Assembly (NCBI GenBank): GCA_041664905.1
Contig: JBAYJX010000003.1
Location: forward strand, 537 to 64,536
Reading direction: 5' to 3'
DNA from: an archaeon
GTDB taxonomy: Archaea > Iainarchaeota > Iainarchaeia > Iainarchaeales > JAAZKV01
DNA: 64,000 nucleotides
The notes below the pieces were generated by a model that did no database searches, was not told the origin of the DNA, and was given only the letters and a program-made list of their open reading frames with translations. Made by a program: the position numbers and the translations under genes. Shown here in pieces: positions 44,670-53,911 of this stretch (position 1 is its first letter; every line of letters starts with the position of its first letter).

Positions 44670-45368
44670 TTATTTTCTAGTTCGACTTTTTAGAACGCGT
44701 TGTTTTTTTCTTACCTTGAATTTTACATCAAACTCTGGGTGGAGTGTTTTGAGTTGGGCTTGTCTTATTTTTCCCGCAACAACTTTTTGAATAGCTTGTG
44801 TTACTCCTTTTGCAAGTGAGTTAACATTGAGTCCTAATTTTTTTGTTGCAGCAGCATCTGTAACTTTATAAAAATACTCCTCATCATACCAATATGCTCT
44901 TCCCTCTGGGCGTTTCATCTTAGGGTAAACTTTGTCATATACCCACTTAGGCATTTCTTTATACGCCGCGCGCACCTCAACAGAAATTCGGGGTACAGTT
45001 CCCCATGTTCGTGTTGGAGAAGAGATAAAAGCAAAATCGGCCAAGTCATTTTTTTTCAAAGAATCTTTTTTCCAATATGGTGAAGAAGTATTTGTATCAT
45101 GAAAATCCAAAGCAAAGTCTGGTTTAATTACATCCACTAATGCTTCCATATGCTTCCAACGTTTGTGTTCTGCAGGATGCATTTCTGGATCTGCATCAAA
45201 GCTATGTTTAAGCCCAAGAGCGGTGTGTAAATTTGATCCTCTAAAAGGGATTTTATGTAAAAATACCTTATTCCCTTCTGCGCGTAACATTTCAGCAACT
45301 TTAATTGCGACAGCACCAGAAAACGCTTCTGAAGGGTGATAGTTGTAGGAGACAATAATTCTTGACAT
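44670..45368 (-). CDS. possible AstE/AspA (M14-like) zinc deacylase with a basic C-terminal tail
   Basis: 'NYHPSEAFSG' (HxxE) and 'ALDFHDT'. Tail 'KFKVRKKQRVLKSRTRK'. Weak. Confidence 0.35.
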   Translation of the reverse strand: MSRIIVSYNYHPSEAFSGAVAIKVAEMLRAEGNKVFLHKIPFRGSNLHTALGLKHSFDADPEMHPAEHKRWKHMEALVDVIKPDFALDFHDTNTSSPYWKKDSLKKNDLADFAFISSPTRTWGTVPRISVEVRAAYKEMPKWVYDKVYPKMKRPEGRAYWYDEEYFYKVTDAAATKKLGLNVNSLAKGVTQAIQKVVAGKIRQAQLKTLHPEFDVKFKVRKKQRVLKSRTRK

Positions 45369-45443
45369 GCATAGATTACAGTCTAGTTGTATATAAAATT
45401 GACTTATAATAAAAAGCACAAAGCATTATTTTGCTATAACCTA

Positions 45444-45638
45444 TTATTTTTGTAATATCTTCTTCATTCTTTTTGTAGGAAATAGTTTTGTAATTATTTC
45501 TTGTCTCCATTTAAAAAATTTTTCAATACAGGCTTCACAAACATCTATTTCGTGGGTTTGGTCAATTTTTAGGTGATTAAATTCAGAGCTATAATTTTTG
45601 ATAGGGGTTTCACACAATTTGCAATTCATGTTTTTCAC
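45444..45638 (-). CDS. small zinc-ribbon protein
   Basis: 'CKLCE' ... 'CEAC'. Confidence 0.4.
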   Translation of the reverse strand: MKNMNCKLCETPIKNYSSEFNHLKIDQTHEIDVCEACIEKFFKWRQEIITKLFPTKRMKKILQK

Positions 45639-45653
45639 TTTTTTATTTCTAAA

Positions 45654-45725
45654 TGCGACCGCCGGGAATTGAACCCGGGCCCCGTCCTTGGCAAGGACGA
45701 ATCATAGCCACTAGACAACGATCGC
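45654..45725 (-). tRNA. tRNA-Gly(GCC)
   Basis: Minus strand: acceptor GCGATCG/CGGTCGC, anticodon stem CGTCC/GGACG, loop TTGCCAA, T-arm CCGGG-TTCAATT-CCCGG. Confidence 0.85.
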
Positions 45726-45826
45726 TTTGGTTAGTCAAAATACTTGGTATTTTGGTTATAATTATTTTTCGCCAAGTATTGTTTAAAAACCTGCTTTTGA
45801 GGGCAAGTGTCTTTAGCCTGACTCAC

Positions 45827-47545
45827 TTATACGTAGCGTTTGTTGACCCAAAATAGTCCAAATAGCATTACTGCTGTTCCCATTACTAGTGCAATTATTA
45901 TTATGATTGGGTTTTCAACGAGTTTGTCTGTTATATTTGTTTCATTTTCGTGTTGAATTTTTTGTTCTATTACTGTTTCTTTTACTGGTTCTTTTGGCAC
46001 AATTACTACTTTTTGTTGTTGGGGAACTATTGTTTGACTAAATAGTGTTGTTGGTGTTGTTATTGTTACATAATATGCGTCATCATTATAATCTGGAATT
46101 TCTTTTGTAGTTGTTTTGCTTTGAAAAGAAGAAATGTTTTCTACACTATTTAAATTAAAAGTTCCATCTTTTATATTTAGATCAAATGTTTTGTCGGTTG
46201 GATAAAAATTTGTGGTTATTACTTGTATTTTTAGTGTTCCTTCATGCGCTATTGGGGTTATGTCATTTACAACTATTTCTCCCTCATTTTCCATAGTTCC
46301 TGGAACCAAAGTAAATTCTTTTGTGTAGGGACTTGACAGACTATTAAATGTAATAAATCCTTTGGCTAGCTGGTTTTGACTTAGTTGTAGGTTTGGAAAT
46401 AGTTTGAAAGTAACAATTTGGCTTTCGCCAGGATTAAGTATTACTGATTTCTTTTTTTCTTGTATAATAAATTCAGCATAAGTTTCTTTTATGCTTATTG
46501 GAATTACAAGTACTCCGTTTGTTTTGTTTGTAACTTTTAGGGGAACCTCATTCCACTTGTTTGCGGTTAGGTTGCTTAAATCACTTTCTAATTGAACTTC
46601 ATCAAAATATTGTTTTGATATTATTTTTACTTCGGGGAGGGGTTGCGGGCCGAATGTTACATTTGCTGTTTGTGGGAAATATGCTTTTGCGATTGATAGT
46701 GTTACATCGTTGTATGAGCCGAGGCTAATGTGTGTTGCATCAGCAAATCCGCTTTCTCTAAAAGTTGGGTCTGAGGGGATCCAACCGTATTTTTCGTGGT
46801 ATACACTAATCCATGCGTGGTTTCCCCATAACTGTCCATCAAAAGTAACTCCAATATTTAGTCTTGTTGGGAGTCCCTTTGCTCTAAGCATTGCTGCGGC
46901 AAGATTTGCAAATTCATCACACACTCCTTTTCTACTTAGGAGTGTATCTACTGCTGATTTTTGTAAAAGATAATATTTTTGAAAATCGCTTCCTTTAGCA
47001 TATTCAACGTAGTCATTTACCCAAAGAATGGTTTTGTTTAATGTATCAAGAAAACTGTTTGTCAATAATTTGTTTTTTGTAAGCGTTACAATTTCTGTCG
47101 AATCACTTTCAACTTTTTCACTTGGCTCAGTGTAAAGTTTTAATTGTCCTGTAATTGTTCCTAAATTGTAGTCACTCATTTTGTAAATTATTGAACTTGT
47201 GCTAACCTCTGCAATTAGTTCATATGTAAAATCTCCGTTTTGTGTTATTGTGAATGAAACATATTTGTTGTTGAATTCGTCAAGCGTGTATTTTGGGTAT
47301 ATTTTGTTTCCGTTTATGATTAGCACTTCTTCAATTATTTTTACTTTTTGAAATTCGCTTTCTGGGAAAGTTAGTGTTTGAAATTTTACTTCTTCTCCAG
47401 TTTTTAGTCCTGAAATAGTTCCGTTTCCAAATAATTTTACTTGCGCAGTGAGACTCCCAATTGTAGTGGGATAAAAAGAGTCTTCAGCAACCACTAGACC
47501 CATAATTAAAATTAGTATTAATAGTATTACTAAGAGTTTCTTCAT
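45827..47545 (-). CDS. membrane-anchored transglutaminase-like cysteine protease domain protein
   Basis: Signal peptide. 'GVCDEFANLAAAMLRAKGLP...GNHAWISVY...WIPSDPT' (Cys-His-Asp). C-terminal TM segment. Confidence 0.75.
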   Translation of the reverse strand: MKKLLVILLILILIMGLVVAEDSFYPTTIGSLTAQVKLFGNGTISGLKTGEEVKFQTLTFPESEFQKVKIIEEVLIINGNKIYPKYTLDEFNNKYVSFTITQNGDFTYELIAEVSTSSIIYKMSDYNLGTITGQLKLYTEPSEKVESDSTEIVTLTKNKLLTNSFLDTLNKTILWVNDYVEYAKGSDFQKYYLLQKSAVDTLLSRKGVCDEFANLAAAMLRAKGLPTRLNIGVTFDGQLWGNHAWISVYHEKYGWIPSDPTFRESGFADATHISLGSYNDVTLSIAKAYFPQTANVTFGPQPLPEVKIISKQYFDEVQLESDLSNLTANKWNEVPLKVTNKTNGVLVIPISIKETYAEFIIQEKKKSVILNPGESQIVTFKLFPNLQLSQNQLAKGFITFNSLSSPYTKEFTLVPGTMENEGEIVVNDITPIAHEGTLKIQVITTNFYPTDKTFDLNIKDGTFNLNSVENISSFQSKTTTKEIPDYNDDAYYVTITTPTTLFSQTIVPQQQKVVIVPKEPVKETVIEQKIQHENETNITDKLVENPIIIIIALVMGTAVMLFGLFWVNKRYV

Positions 47546-47610
47546 GCCAATATTAAGTCTCGATAACTTAAATAACTTTCTTGTTTAGAAAAAAGTAATT
47601 AAATATTAAG

Positions 47611-47683
47611 TGGGCCGAACCGGATTCGAACCGGCGACTCTCACCTTGTAAGGGTGATGTCATAACCGCTAGACCACCGGCCC
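47611..47683 (-). tRNA. tRNA-Val(UAC)
   Basis: Minus strand: acceptor GGGCCGG/TCGGCCC, anticodon stem TCACC/GGTGA, loop CTTACAA, T-arm GCCGG-TTCGAAT-CCGGT. Confidence 0.85.
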
Positions 47684-47824
47684 ACCTTGTGCGGTTTGAC
47701 TGCTTTGCAGTCATTAAAGAAAAAGTCGCGCAGTGTTTTTTTAAACCTTGACTTTGGCTTTTTTTGTTAGTTTTGATGTAAAAAGAAGGGTTTATATATT
47801 AGGATTTGGCTTATCTACTCTAAG

Positions 47825-48286
47825 GTGATGCTTTTGCAGAAAACAATTCTTTTCAGGCTGGGTTCGAGAAATTTCCAATGGGCTAAGGTTCTTGGGGCTT
47901 TTTTGGCAATCATTACTGTGTTGATGTTAATTAAATCAGCTGCGGTGATGTTTGATTCTTGGCAAACAGTTAGGGATTTTAATAAATGCACTGAGTTTTC
48001 TGGCGTAAAGGATTTAGCAAACCTAAGTAGTTCTGAGCAGTTACTTGCTCAATTGCGCTACGAGGATTGTAAAGATTCTTTGTATGAAATTACGGGCGCT
48101 CAAATTCCTGGTGCAGAAACTAGTTTAACTTCAAGGCAAGCAGCTACAGCGTTAGCTAGTCCAATGGCTGGGTTCTTTTTTTGGGCAATCCTGTTCATGT
48201 TATCATTGTTCTTGTTATTTAACAAAACAGTGGTTATTCCTATTGAAGAAGTTGAGCAAGTTTCAAGACCGTTTAAGAGAAAATAA
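47825..48286 (+). CDS. hypothetical membrane protein
   Basis: Two hydrophobic segments; no recognised motif. Confidence 0.4.
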   Translation: MMLLQKTILFRLGSRNFQWAKVLGAFLAIITVLMLIKSAAVMFDSWQTVRDFNKCTEFSGVKDLANLSSSEQLLAQLRYEDCKDSLYEITGAQIPGAETSLTSRQAATALASPMAGFFFWAILFMLSLFLLFNKTVVIPIEEVEQVSRPFKRK

Positions 48287-48356
48287 AGTTTTATTAAAAT
48301 TTGAAAAAAAGAAAAAGTGAAGGAAATTTCCTTCACTTTCTAATATTTTAATTTTT

Positions 48357-49796
48357 CTACATTGTGTATGCTTTTACTTTTTTAGGAGTTATTTGTCCTT
48401 TTTTTACTCCAATTATAACTGATACATCTTTTGCTTCAGCAGCTTCCACTAGTCTGTTTGTGATTATTCCATCAAACATTATTGTGTGGATTTTTTTCTT
48501 TTGTTTTGTTATTGTTTCAAGCAAGTCTTTTACATCAACATCCTTGATTTTCTTTTGTTTTTCGTCTAATATTCTTGCTTTTGATTTTCCTTTGAGTTTA
48601 TCAAAGTCTTTTTTCATTTCCAGTATTTCCGCAGGGACAACTTCTTCTCTTTGGAATTGTGGGGCAGGATTGTATCCTCCTTGCATTGGTGGCCTAAAAT
48701 CGTTTCTTTGTCCGAATGGTCTAGGTTGAAATCCTCTGTCTTGTCCGAATTGTTGTCTTGGTTGGAAATCATTTCTTTGTCCGAATGGTCTAGGTTGGAA
48801 GTTTCTATCATTTCCAAACTGGGGTCTATTGTTCCCGAATTGTGGTCTTCGATCAAAGTTGTTGTTAAAACTTCTTCCGAATTGCGGTCGATCGTTAGAG
48901 TGTTCGTGTCTGTTTTCAAACGGTCTAGGAGCAAAACTTCTTTCGTGTTCGAAGTTTGGTTTGAAGTTTGCTTCTTGTGTGCTGAATGCTTCAGCAAATG
49001 GAACTTTTCGTTTTAGTGCTAGTAGTATTTCTTTTTGTACTAGTTCTTCAACTTCTTTTCCATCTGGAGCTTTTGCAACAAAATCTACTTTTGTTAGTGA
49101 GCCAAGTTTTTTAGCGTTGAGTTCTCCGCCTCTGTCTCCGTCAATTAAAACAGTTGTTATTTTTTCTTTGCATAGTTGTATTAGTGGGGTATCAATATTT
49201 CCACCATTCATTGCAACCGAATTGTTTATTCCGTAGCTTAAGAGTTTGAGTACATCTGCTCTTCCTTCAACAATTATTATTTCGGGCGCAGTTTCTACTT
49301 CTGGTCCTGCAGCAAGTCCTCTAAAGTTAAGGATTTTTTCTGTGCGGATTTCTGATTTAATTGTGTCGGCTAGTTCCGTACTTTCTATTCCTTCGTTTTG
49401 TTGCATTCTTTTTAGTAGTTCTTTTGCTCTGTCAGTAATTGTTTCTCTTTTTTCTTTTCGGGTATCCTGAATTTTTAAAACTTTTACTTTTGCTTCAAAA
49501 GGTCCAACTTTTTCAACTGTTTCAATTGTTGCGGCTAGAATACTTGTTTTTACTTGGTCAAGTGAACTAGGCATGATTATTTCACCTGCTGTTGTTCCTT
49601 TTCCTTTGTTTACAGTTATTTCTATTCTACCGATTTTACCGCTTTGCTGTAACTCTTTAAGATCCATGTCTTCCCCAAGTAGTCCTTCGCATTGTCCGAA
49701 AATTGCTCCTATAATATCAGGTTTTTCTACTACTCCTGTTACTTCGTAGTTTGCAAGTATTTCGTATTTTACTGTGCTTAAATAGGTTTTAGCCAT
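48357..49796 (-). CDS. dnaG: archaeal DnaG (TOPRIM) primase/exosome-associated protein with a low-complexity repeat insert
   Basis: 'GVVEKPDIIGAIFGQCEGLLG'. TOPRIM motifs 'IIIVEGRADV' and 'LIDGDRGGE'. The ATG at 49796 is preceded by GGAGAGTGA; an alternative ATG is at 49826. Confidence 0.85.
   Translation of the reverse strand: MAKTYLSTVKYEILANYEVTGVVEKPDIIGAIFGQCEGLLGEDMDLKELQQSGKIGRIEITVNKGKGTTAGEIIMPSSLDQVKTSILAATIETVEKVGPFEAKVKVLKIQDTRKEKRETITDRAKELLKRMQQNEGIESTELADTIKSEIRTEKILNFRGLAAGPEVETAPEIIIVEGRADVLKLLSYGINNSVAMNGGNIDTPLIQLCKEKITTVLIDGDRGGELNAKKLGSLTKVDFVAKAPDGKEVEELVQKEILLALKRKVPFAEAFSTQEANFKPNFEHERSFAPRPFENRHEHSNDRPQFGRSFNNNFDRRPQFGNNRPQFGNDRNFQPRPFGQRNDFQPRQQFGQDRGFQPRPFGQRNDFRPPMQGGYNPAPQFQREEVVPAEILEMKKDFDKLKGKSKARILDEKQKKIKDVDVKDLLETITKQKKKIHTIMFDGIITNRLVEAAEAKDVSVIIGVKKGQITPKKVKAYTM
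48651..48971 (-). repeat. in-frame tandem repeats encoding an R/Q/F/P/G-rich segment of DnaG
   Basis: Near-identical 26-nt blocks at 48703..48728 and 48772..48797 (period 69 nt). Peptide repeats 'FQPRPFGQRND' and 'RPQFGN'. Confidence 0.8.
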
Positions 49797-49881
49797 TTTT
49801 TCACTCTCCGTTTTTTGTGTTGGCATTTTTTTGCTTTAAGTAATATGAAACTCCAATTGTTCCTTGTTTCCTTGTTAGGTT

Positions 49882-50151
49882 TTAAAGAATTAGTTTGTGT
49901 TCTTCAAGTAAACTAAGTATTTCGCTTTCTAGCAAATTTACTTTGATTTTCTTTTTATTGCTTTTTAAACCGAAAACAATTGTTGTTTCTGCTTTGAAGA
50001 ACTTTGTTAGTTCTTTTGTGATTTCATTATTCGCTTTGTTGTCTTGTGGTTTTTTAGTAGACTTAACAATTAGTAATTTTTTTTCCTTGTCAAATTCTAC
50101 TGTAAATTCTTTTTTTCCAGTCAAAACTTTTGCGTCAATAATTGTTTCCAT
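49882..50151 (-). CDS. DUF167/YggU-like protein
   Basis: 'KPQDNKANNEITKELTKFFK...VFGLKSNKKKIKV' matches the UPF0235 pattern. Confidence 0.6.
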   Translation of the reverse strand: METIIDAKVLTGKKEFTVEFDKEKKLLIVKSTKKPQDNKANNEITKELTKFFKAETTIVFGLKSNKKKIKVNLLESEILSLLEEHKLIL

Positions 50152-50313
50152 TGTTTAACACAAACTATTCATAACAGCGCTATTGTTGCGCTAGTAAAAC
50201 GCACTCTTTGGTGCTTAAACCCTTTTAAGGCATTTATTACAAAAAAATCTTCATATGAAGGGCATTTAAACTTAACCCCCTCCAAAAGAAGTTGATTCGC
50301 AAGGAGTGGTTTT

Positions 50314-50484
50314 ATGAGTAAGTTTGAATCTAGTGGTAGTAAGAATCCGGGGGATGGTTCGCGTCTTCCATTTGGAAAGAAACTTTCTAAGTGGTTTTAT
50401 AACTTTCAGATCGCTCTGACTAGGGACAAGGAAGCTGAAGAGCATTCTGTTCACCAGTTTGGGGAAGCGAAGTTAAGAAAGTAA
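50314..50484 (+). CDS. 56-aa hypothetical basic protein (below the ORF-track cutoff)
   Basis: AAGGAG lies about 7 nt upstream of the ATG. It competes with the tracked minus-strand ORF 50272..50454, which has no Shine-Dalgarno. Confidence 0.35.
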   Translation: MSKFESSGSKNPGDGSRLPFGKKLSKWFYNFQIALTRDKEAEEHSVHQFGEAKLRK

Positions 50485-50501
50485 GTTTTGAGGTGATTTG
50501 T

Positions 50502-50684
50502 TTGGATAAAAAGAATCCTTTTAGTGAAGCATCAAAAAATAGGCGAAAAGCAATTAATGCACGTAACTCTGAGTTAACAGATAAAAAGAAACTCTCTCCT
50601 GCAGAGAAGCGTAATCGTTCAAAAGATCAAATAGTTGATTTGTCTGCGAAAGATAGTATTTCTCCTAAAGGGTTGTACGTTTAA
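50502..50684 (+). CDS. 60-aa hypothetical basic protein
   Basis: GAGGTGA (50490..50496) lies 5 nt upstream of the in-frame TTG at 50502. Confidence 0.35.
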   Translation: MDKKNPFSEASKNRRKAINARNSELTDKKKLSPAEKRNRSKDQIVDLSAKDSISPKGLYV

Positions 50685-50749
50685 TTTTCTCTTGGGCGGC
50701 GCGTTGCCCCCATAACCTTTAAGTAGTTGGTTTTAGTTTTGTTGGTAAT

Positions 50750-51139
50750 ATGGCTCATTACAATAAAGGTGCTAATGCTGAGCGTGAATTAATTCACACT
50801 CTTTCGGATATGGGTTTTGCTGTGTTGCGTGTTGCAGGAAGTGGTGTATCCCCTCTCCCGAGTCCTGATGTTGTTGCTCTAAAGAACGGAAGAATTCTCG
50901 CTTTTGAGTGTAAGGCTTGGAAAGGAAATTATTTAGCAATTCCTCTAGTGACAATGAATGATGAGGTTAATTGGGCGCGTACTGCGGGAGCCGAGTTTTT
51001 TATTGGGTGGAAAGTTCCTCATGAGGGTTGGTTGTTTGTGAAATTTGATCACTTTCATGATGCCGGAAAGAATTTTATGATTTCCTTAGAGGAAGCGAAA
51101 AAGAACTCCATTTCTCTTAACACTCTTGCAGGAATTTAA
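50750..51139 (+). CDS. hjc: Holliday junction resolvase Hjc
   Basis: 'KGANAERELIHTLSDMGFAVLRVAGSG...PDVVALKNGRILAFECK'. Confidence 0.85.
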   Translation: MAHYNKGANAERELIHTLSDMGFAVLRVAGSGVSPLPSPDVVALKNGRILAFECKAWKGNYLAIPLVTMNDEVNWARTAGAEFFIGWKVPHEGWLFVKFDHFHDAGKNFMISLEEAKKNSISLNTLAGI

Positions 51140-51344
51140 AGTAGGTTAGTTTTTTTGTGTAGTGTGTTTTTAACCCCTTTTTTGTAGTATTGCTTTATGC
51201 GCGTATCTACTGATGAAATTCTTTACGAGTTAAAACTAAGATTAGAAAAAGAAAAATCAATTAAACAAAAAGTTCAGTTAAAGCAATTAGTTGAGCTTGT
51301 TAAACAATTGTGATTTTACTAATTTTTATTAGCATCTTTTAAAC

Positions 51345-52115
51345 TCACATTAGTTCGTGTCTTTGGTATCTTTCTAACATTTCGCGTGCTGCTTTCATTG
51401 TGTCGGGTTTGCCGCCTTTGTGCAAAAATCTGTTTTTTATAGCAATAGCTTCTAATAGTTCTTCTTCGTCCATTTTTTCAGCATCAATAAGCTCAATTCC
51501 ATAAAATTTAGCAGGTTTTTCTTTTCCTAGTGCTTGAATTAGTTTTACTGCCGCAGTTTCAACATCTTTTAATTGGTTAGGGTTTTTTGATTCAACTAAA
51601 AATAAATCAAACTCATTCTCATGGAATGGAATTATTCCTGGCGAATCAATTAAGTACATTCCATCAGTTACTTTTACTTTTGCTAAACCTCGTGTTAGTC
51701 CTGCTTTTCTTGATGTAGCGACTCTTCCTCTTCCTTTTCCAGCAAGTGCATTAATTAGTGTGCTTTTTCCAACATTAGGGTAACCAATTATTCCTACGGT
51801 AAATCTTTCTCTTCCTTTTGATTCAACTGCGATTTCTCTTCTAATAATATTTATTCCGTCTCTTCCCAGTGCTGAAATAAAAATTGTTTTAACGTGACTC
51901 ATTGAGGATATTTCTGCTTTTTTCTTTTCCATTTCTTCTTTTGGCATAAGATCGGCTTTGTTTATTACTAATAGTAATTGTTTTCTCTTTGCTCGGACCA
52001 TATTTTCAAGCGTGGCGTTTCTAGTTCTCTCAGGATGTCGTGCATCAAGTAGTTCAATAATCAAATCCGATTGTCTGATTAATTCCGAAATGTGTTTCAT
52101 GAATCCTGTTCGCAT
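51345..52115 (-). CDS. circularly permuted ribosome-biogenesis GTPase (YlqF/RbgA family)
   Basis: G4 'NKADL' precedes G1 'GYPNVGKST'. 'DARHPERT' and 'LIDSPGI'. Confidence 0.8.
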   Translation of the reverse strand: MRTGFMKHISELIRQSDLIIELLDARHPERTRNATLENMVRAKRKQLLLVINKADLMPKEEMEKKKAEISSMSHVKTIFISALGRDGINIIRREIAVESKGRERFTVGIIGYPNVGKSTLINALAGKGRGRVATSRKAGLTRGLAKVKVTDGMYLIDSPGIIPFHENEFDLFLVESKNPNQLKDVETAAVKLIQALGKEKPAKFYGIELIDAEKMDEEELLEAIAIKNRFLHKGGKPDTMKAAREMLERYQRHELM

Positions 52116-52120
52116 AATTT

Positions 52121-52738
52121 TCAGTCCTGTATTCCAAGATAATGTTCATCAACATCTAAGTCGCTCATACGGTCTAATTGATTATACAATTCAATCGCTT
52201 TTAAAACCGCTGTTTTTCTTGTGGGAGTTATTTGAGTTTGTGCTATGTATTTTCGGAGCATTTTTGGATTTATCCCCCCTACTGCAAAAAAAGTGGGTTT
52301 TCCATTTACAACACTTACATTTTGTTTTCCTGTTTGAATATCAATTCCTGCGAGTCGCATCTTTTTTAATGGGGCAACCGCTTCCGGAGGATAGTTTACT
52401 TTTTTTTGTCTTGCAGTTTCTCGTCGGCTTGTTGCCATCCTTATGTTTTGTTTTGACCTTAATACATGTTGGGTAATTATTTCTTTTGTCTCCGGGATAA
52501 ATCTCTTTGGCCTTAAGTTCCATTCTGGGAAAAGCAAGTAGGCTATTTGATGTGCGCGAAACCGTAGAGCCATATTTTTTAAGCTTGGTCTTGGCATGAA
52601 ATGTTCGACATCTTTTGGGACTCTTCCCACAAGCCCTTTTAATTTTCCCTCAGTATAATAATACACTTTGCCACGGTCTTCTTCTCCAATTAATGTTTTT
52701 TTTCCAAAAGGGGTGTGCACAATAGTTTTTCTAACCAT
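52121..52738 (-). CDS. hypothetical protein (dispersed orphan family)
   Basis: 'GKVYYYTEGKLKG' and 'AGIDIQTGKQNVSVVNGKPTFFAVGG'. Confidence 0.4.
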   Translation of the reverse strand: MVRKTIVHTPFGKKTLIGEEDRGKVYYYTEGKLKGLVGRVPKDVEHFMPRPSLKNMALRFRAHQIAYLLFPEWNLRPKRFIPETKEIITQHVLRSKQNIRMATSRRETARQKKVNYPPEAVAPLKKMRLAGIDIQTGKQNVSVVNGKPTFFAVGGINPKMLRKYIAQTQITPTRKTAVLKAIELYNQLDRMSDLDVDEHYLGIQD

Positions 52739-52748
52739 AAAAATAAGT

Positions 52749-53090
52749 TTAAAGTAATTTTAAATCGTTAAAATATTTTTGGCCTTCTACTTCGTTCACT
52801 GGTCCGCACGCAAAGCAGGTTTTGCTTCCGGGCTCAATTTGTGTTCTTCCCGCATCAGTTATTAGTGCGCATGGTAAGTGTTTTTTTGTTTTTTCAAATA
52901 ACTCAAGTAATTCTTCTGTACTATTTACTTTTAGCACTACTTTTTTCATTCCCCATTTTTTCCAATCCTTAACTGTCTCTTCATCAACCTTGTCAAGTAC
53001 ACTTACTGCGGCATGTGCGCACTGTGCACAAAGTTTACCTTTATTCATTCCAAGGGATGTATTCATTACAATGTATTGTGTTAGTTCCAT
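52749..53090 (-). CDS. pth2: archaeal-type peptidyl-tRNA hydrolase Pth2
   Basis: 'GKLCAQCAHAAV' and 'DAGRTQIEPGSKTCFACGP'. Confidence 0.9.
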   Translation of the reverse strand: MELTQYIVMNTSLGMNKGKLCAQCAHAAVSVLDKVDEETVKDWKKWGMKKVVLKVNSTEELLELFEKTKKHLPCALITDAGRTQIEPGSKTCFACGPVNEVEGQKYFNDLKLL

Positions 53091-53135
53091 CGTATCACAT
53101 TAATTAAAATCCAATCATGTTTTAAACGTCTTTTT

Positions 53136-53426
53136 TTAGTCCATAAATATGCTTAATTGTTCAAGTTCCGTAGTAAGCGCTGCAACTCTTGGCGAGTTTG
53201 GGTTTTTGGCTCTTGCTTCTTTTAATATTCCCTCTACTTGTAAGTATCTTTGACGTAGTGTTTTCAAAAGTGCCAGGTTTGTTTGTTGTCGTTGTGCCAC
53301 TATCGCTTTGGTATTGGTTGGTTCATTTCGGCGTAGACGCATTTCTCGAATTAACTCCCTGGCATATTCGTTGTTTGTTTGTCTTCTATTTGTTTGTCTT
53401 GGTTTTAGAGTTATTCGCCTGCTCAT
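53136..53426 (-). CDS. hypothetical basic protein
   Basis: ORF only. N-terminus 'MSRRITLKPRQTNRRQTNN'. Confidence 0.35.
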   Translation of the reverse strand: MSRRITLKPRQTNRRQTNNEYARELIREMRLRRNEPTNTKAIVAQRQQTNLALLKTLRQRYLQVEGILKEARAKNPNSPRVAALTTELEQLSIFMD

Positions 53427-53488
53427 GAATAAATATAGTGTTTGGGGGGTTTTATTTCTTTCTATTAGTCTTTTTCAATTTCTTTGTG

Positions 53489-53911
53489 TTATTGCTTTTC
53501 CTTATTTATATTGGCATTTTTAACAAGCTCTGATGAGGATCTTATTTTTGCTCCAAGCCCATCAACTATTTTTATATTAAATTCTTTGCACACCTTGCTT
53601 TCTGGAATTTCGTCTTGTGTTCTATCTCCGCCTTTAGCAAAAATGTTTGGTTTCACTAAGCGTAGGCTTTCACAAACACTTCTATCTTTGTCTACTGAAA
53701 GTACAACCCTATCCACGCATTTTAATGAGGAAACAATCTTCATGCGATCTTGTTCGTTCATAAAAGAATATCCTTTTTTGAGTTTTGTTTGTTCATCATT
53801 GTTTACTATTACTACTAGTTCATCCCCAAGTTTTTTTGCGAGTTCCAAGGATTCAATGTGTCCTACATGTAATGGATCAAAGTATCCGCTTGCCGCTACA
53901 ATTATTTTCAT
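53489..53911 (-). CDS. cytidylyltransferase-like nucleotidyltransferase (RibL/TagD-like)
   Basis: 'ASGYFDPLHVGHIESL' (HxGH). About 140 aa. Confidence 0.7.
   Translation of the reverse strand: MKIIVAASGYFDPLHVGHIESLELAKKLGDELVVIVNNDEQTKLKKGYSFMNEQDRMKIVSSLKCVDRVVLSVDKDRSVCESLRLVKPNIFAKGGDRTQDEIPESKVCKEFNIKIVDGLGAKIRSSSELVKNANINKEKQ

Noticed and set aside
45653-45856. 67-aa + strand ORF.
   Set aside because: It is the antisense reading of tRNA-Gly(GCC) plus intergenic sequence.
48364-49236. Overlapping ORFs in both orientations across dnaG (48364..48729, 48614..48997, 48651..49016, 48829..49236).
   Set aside because: They are generated by the in-frame tandem repeat tract. Only the DnaG frame carries conserved N-terminal, TOPRIM and C-terminal motifs.
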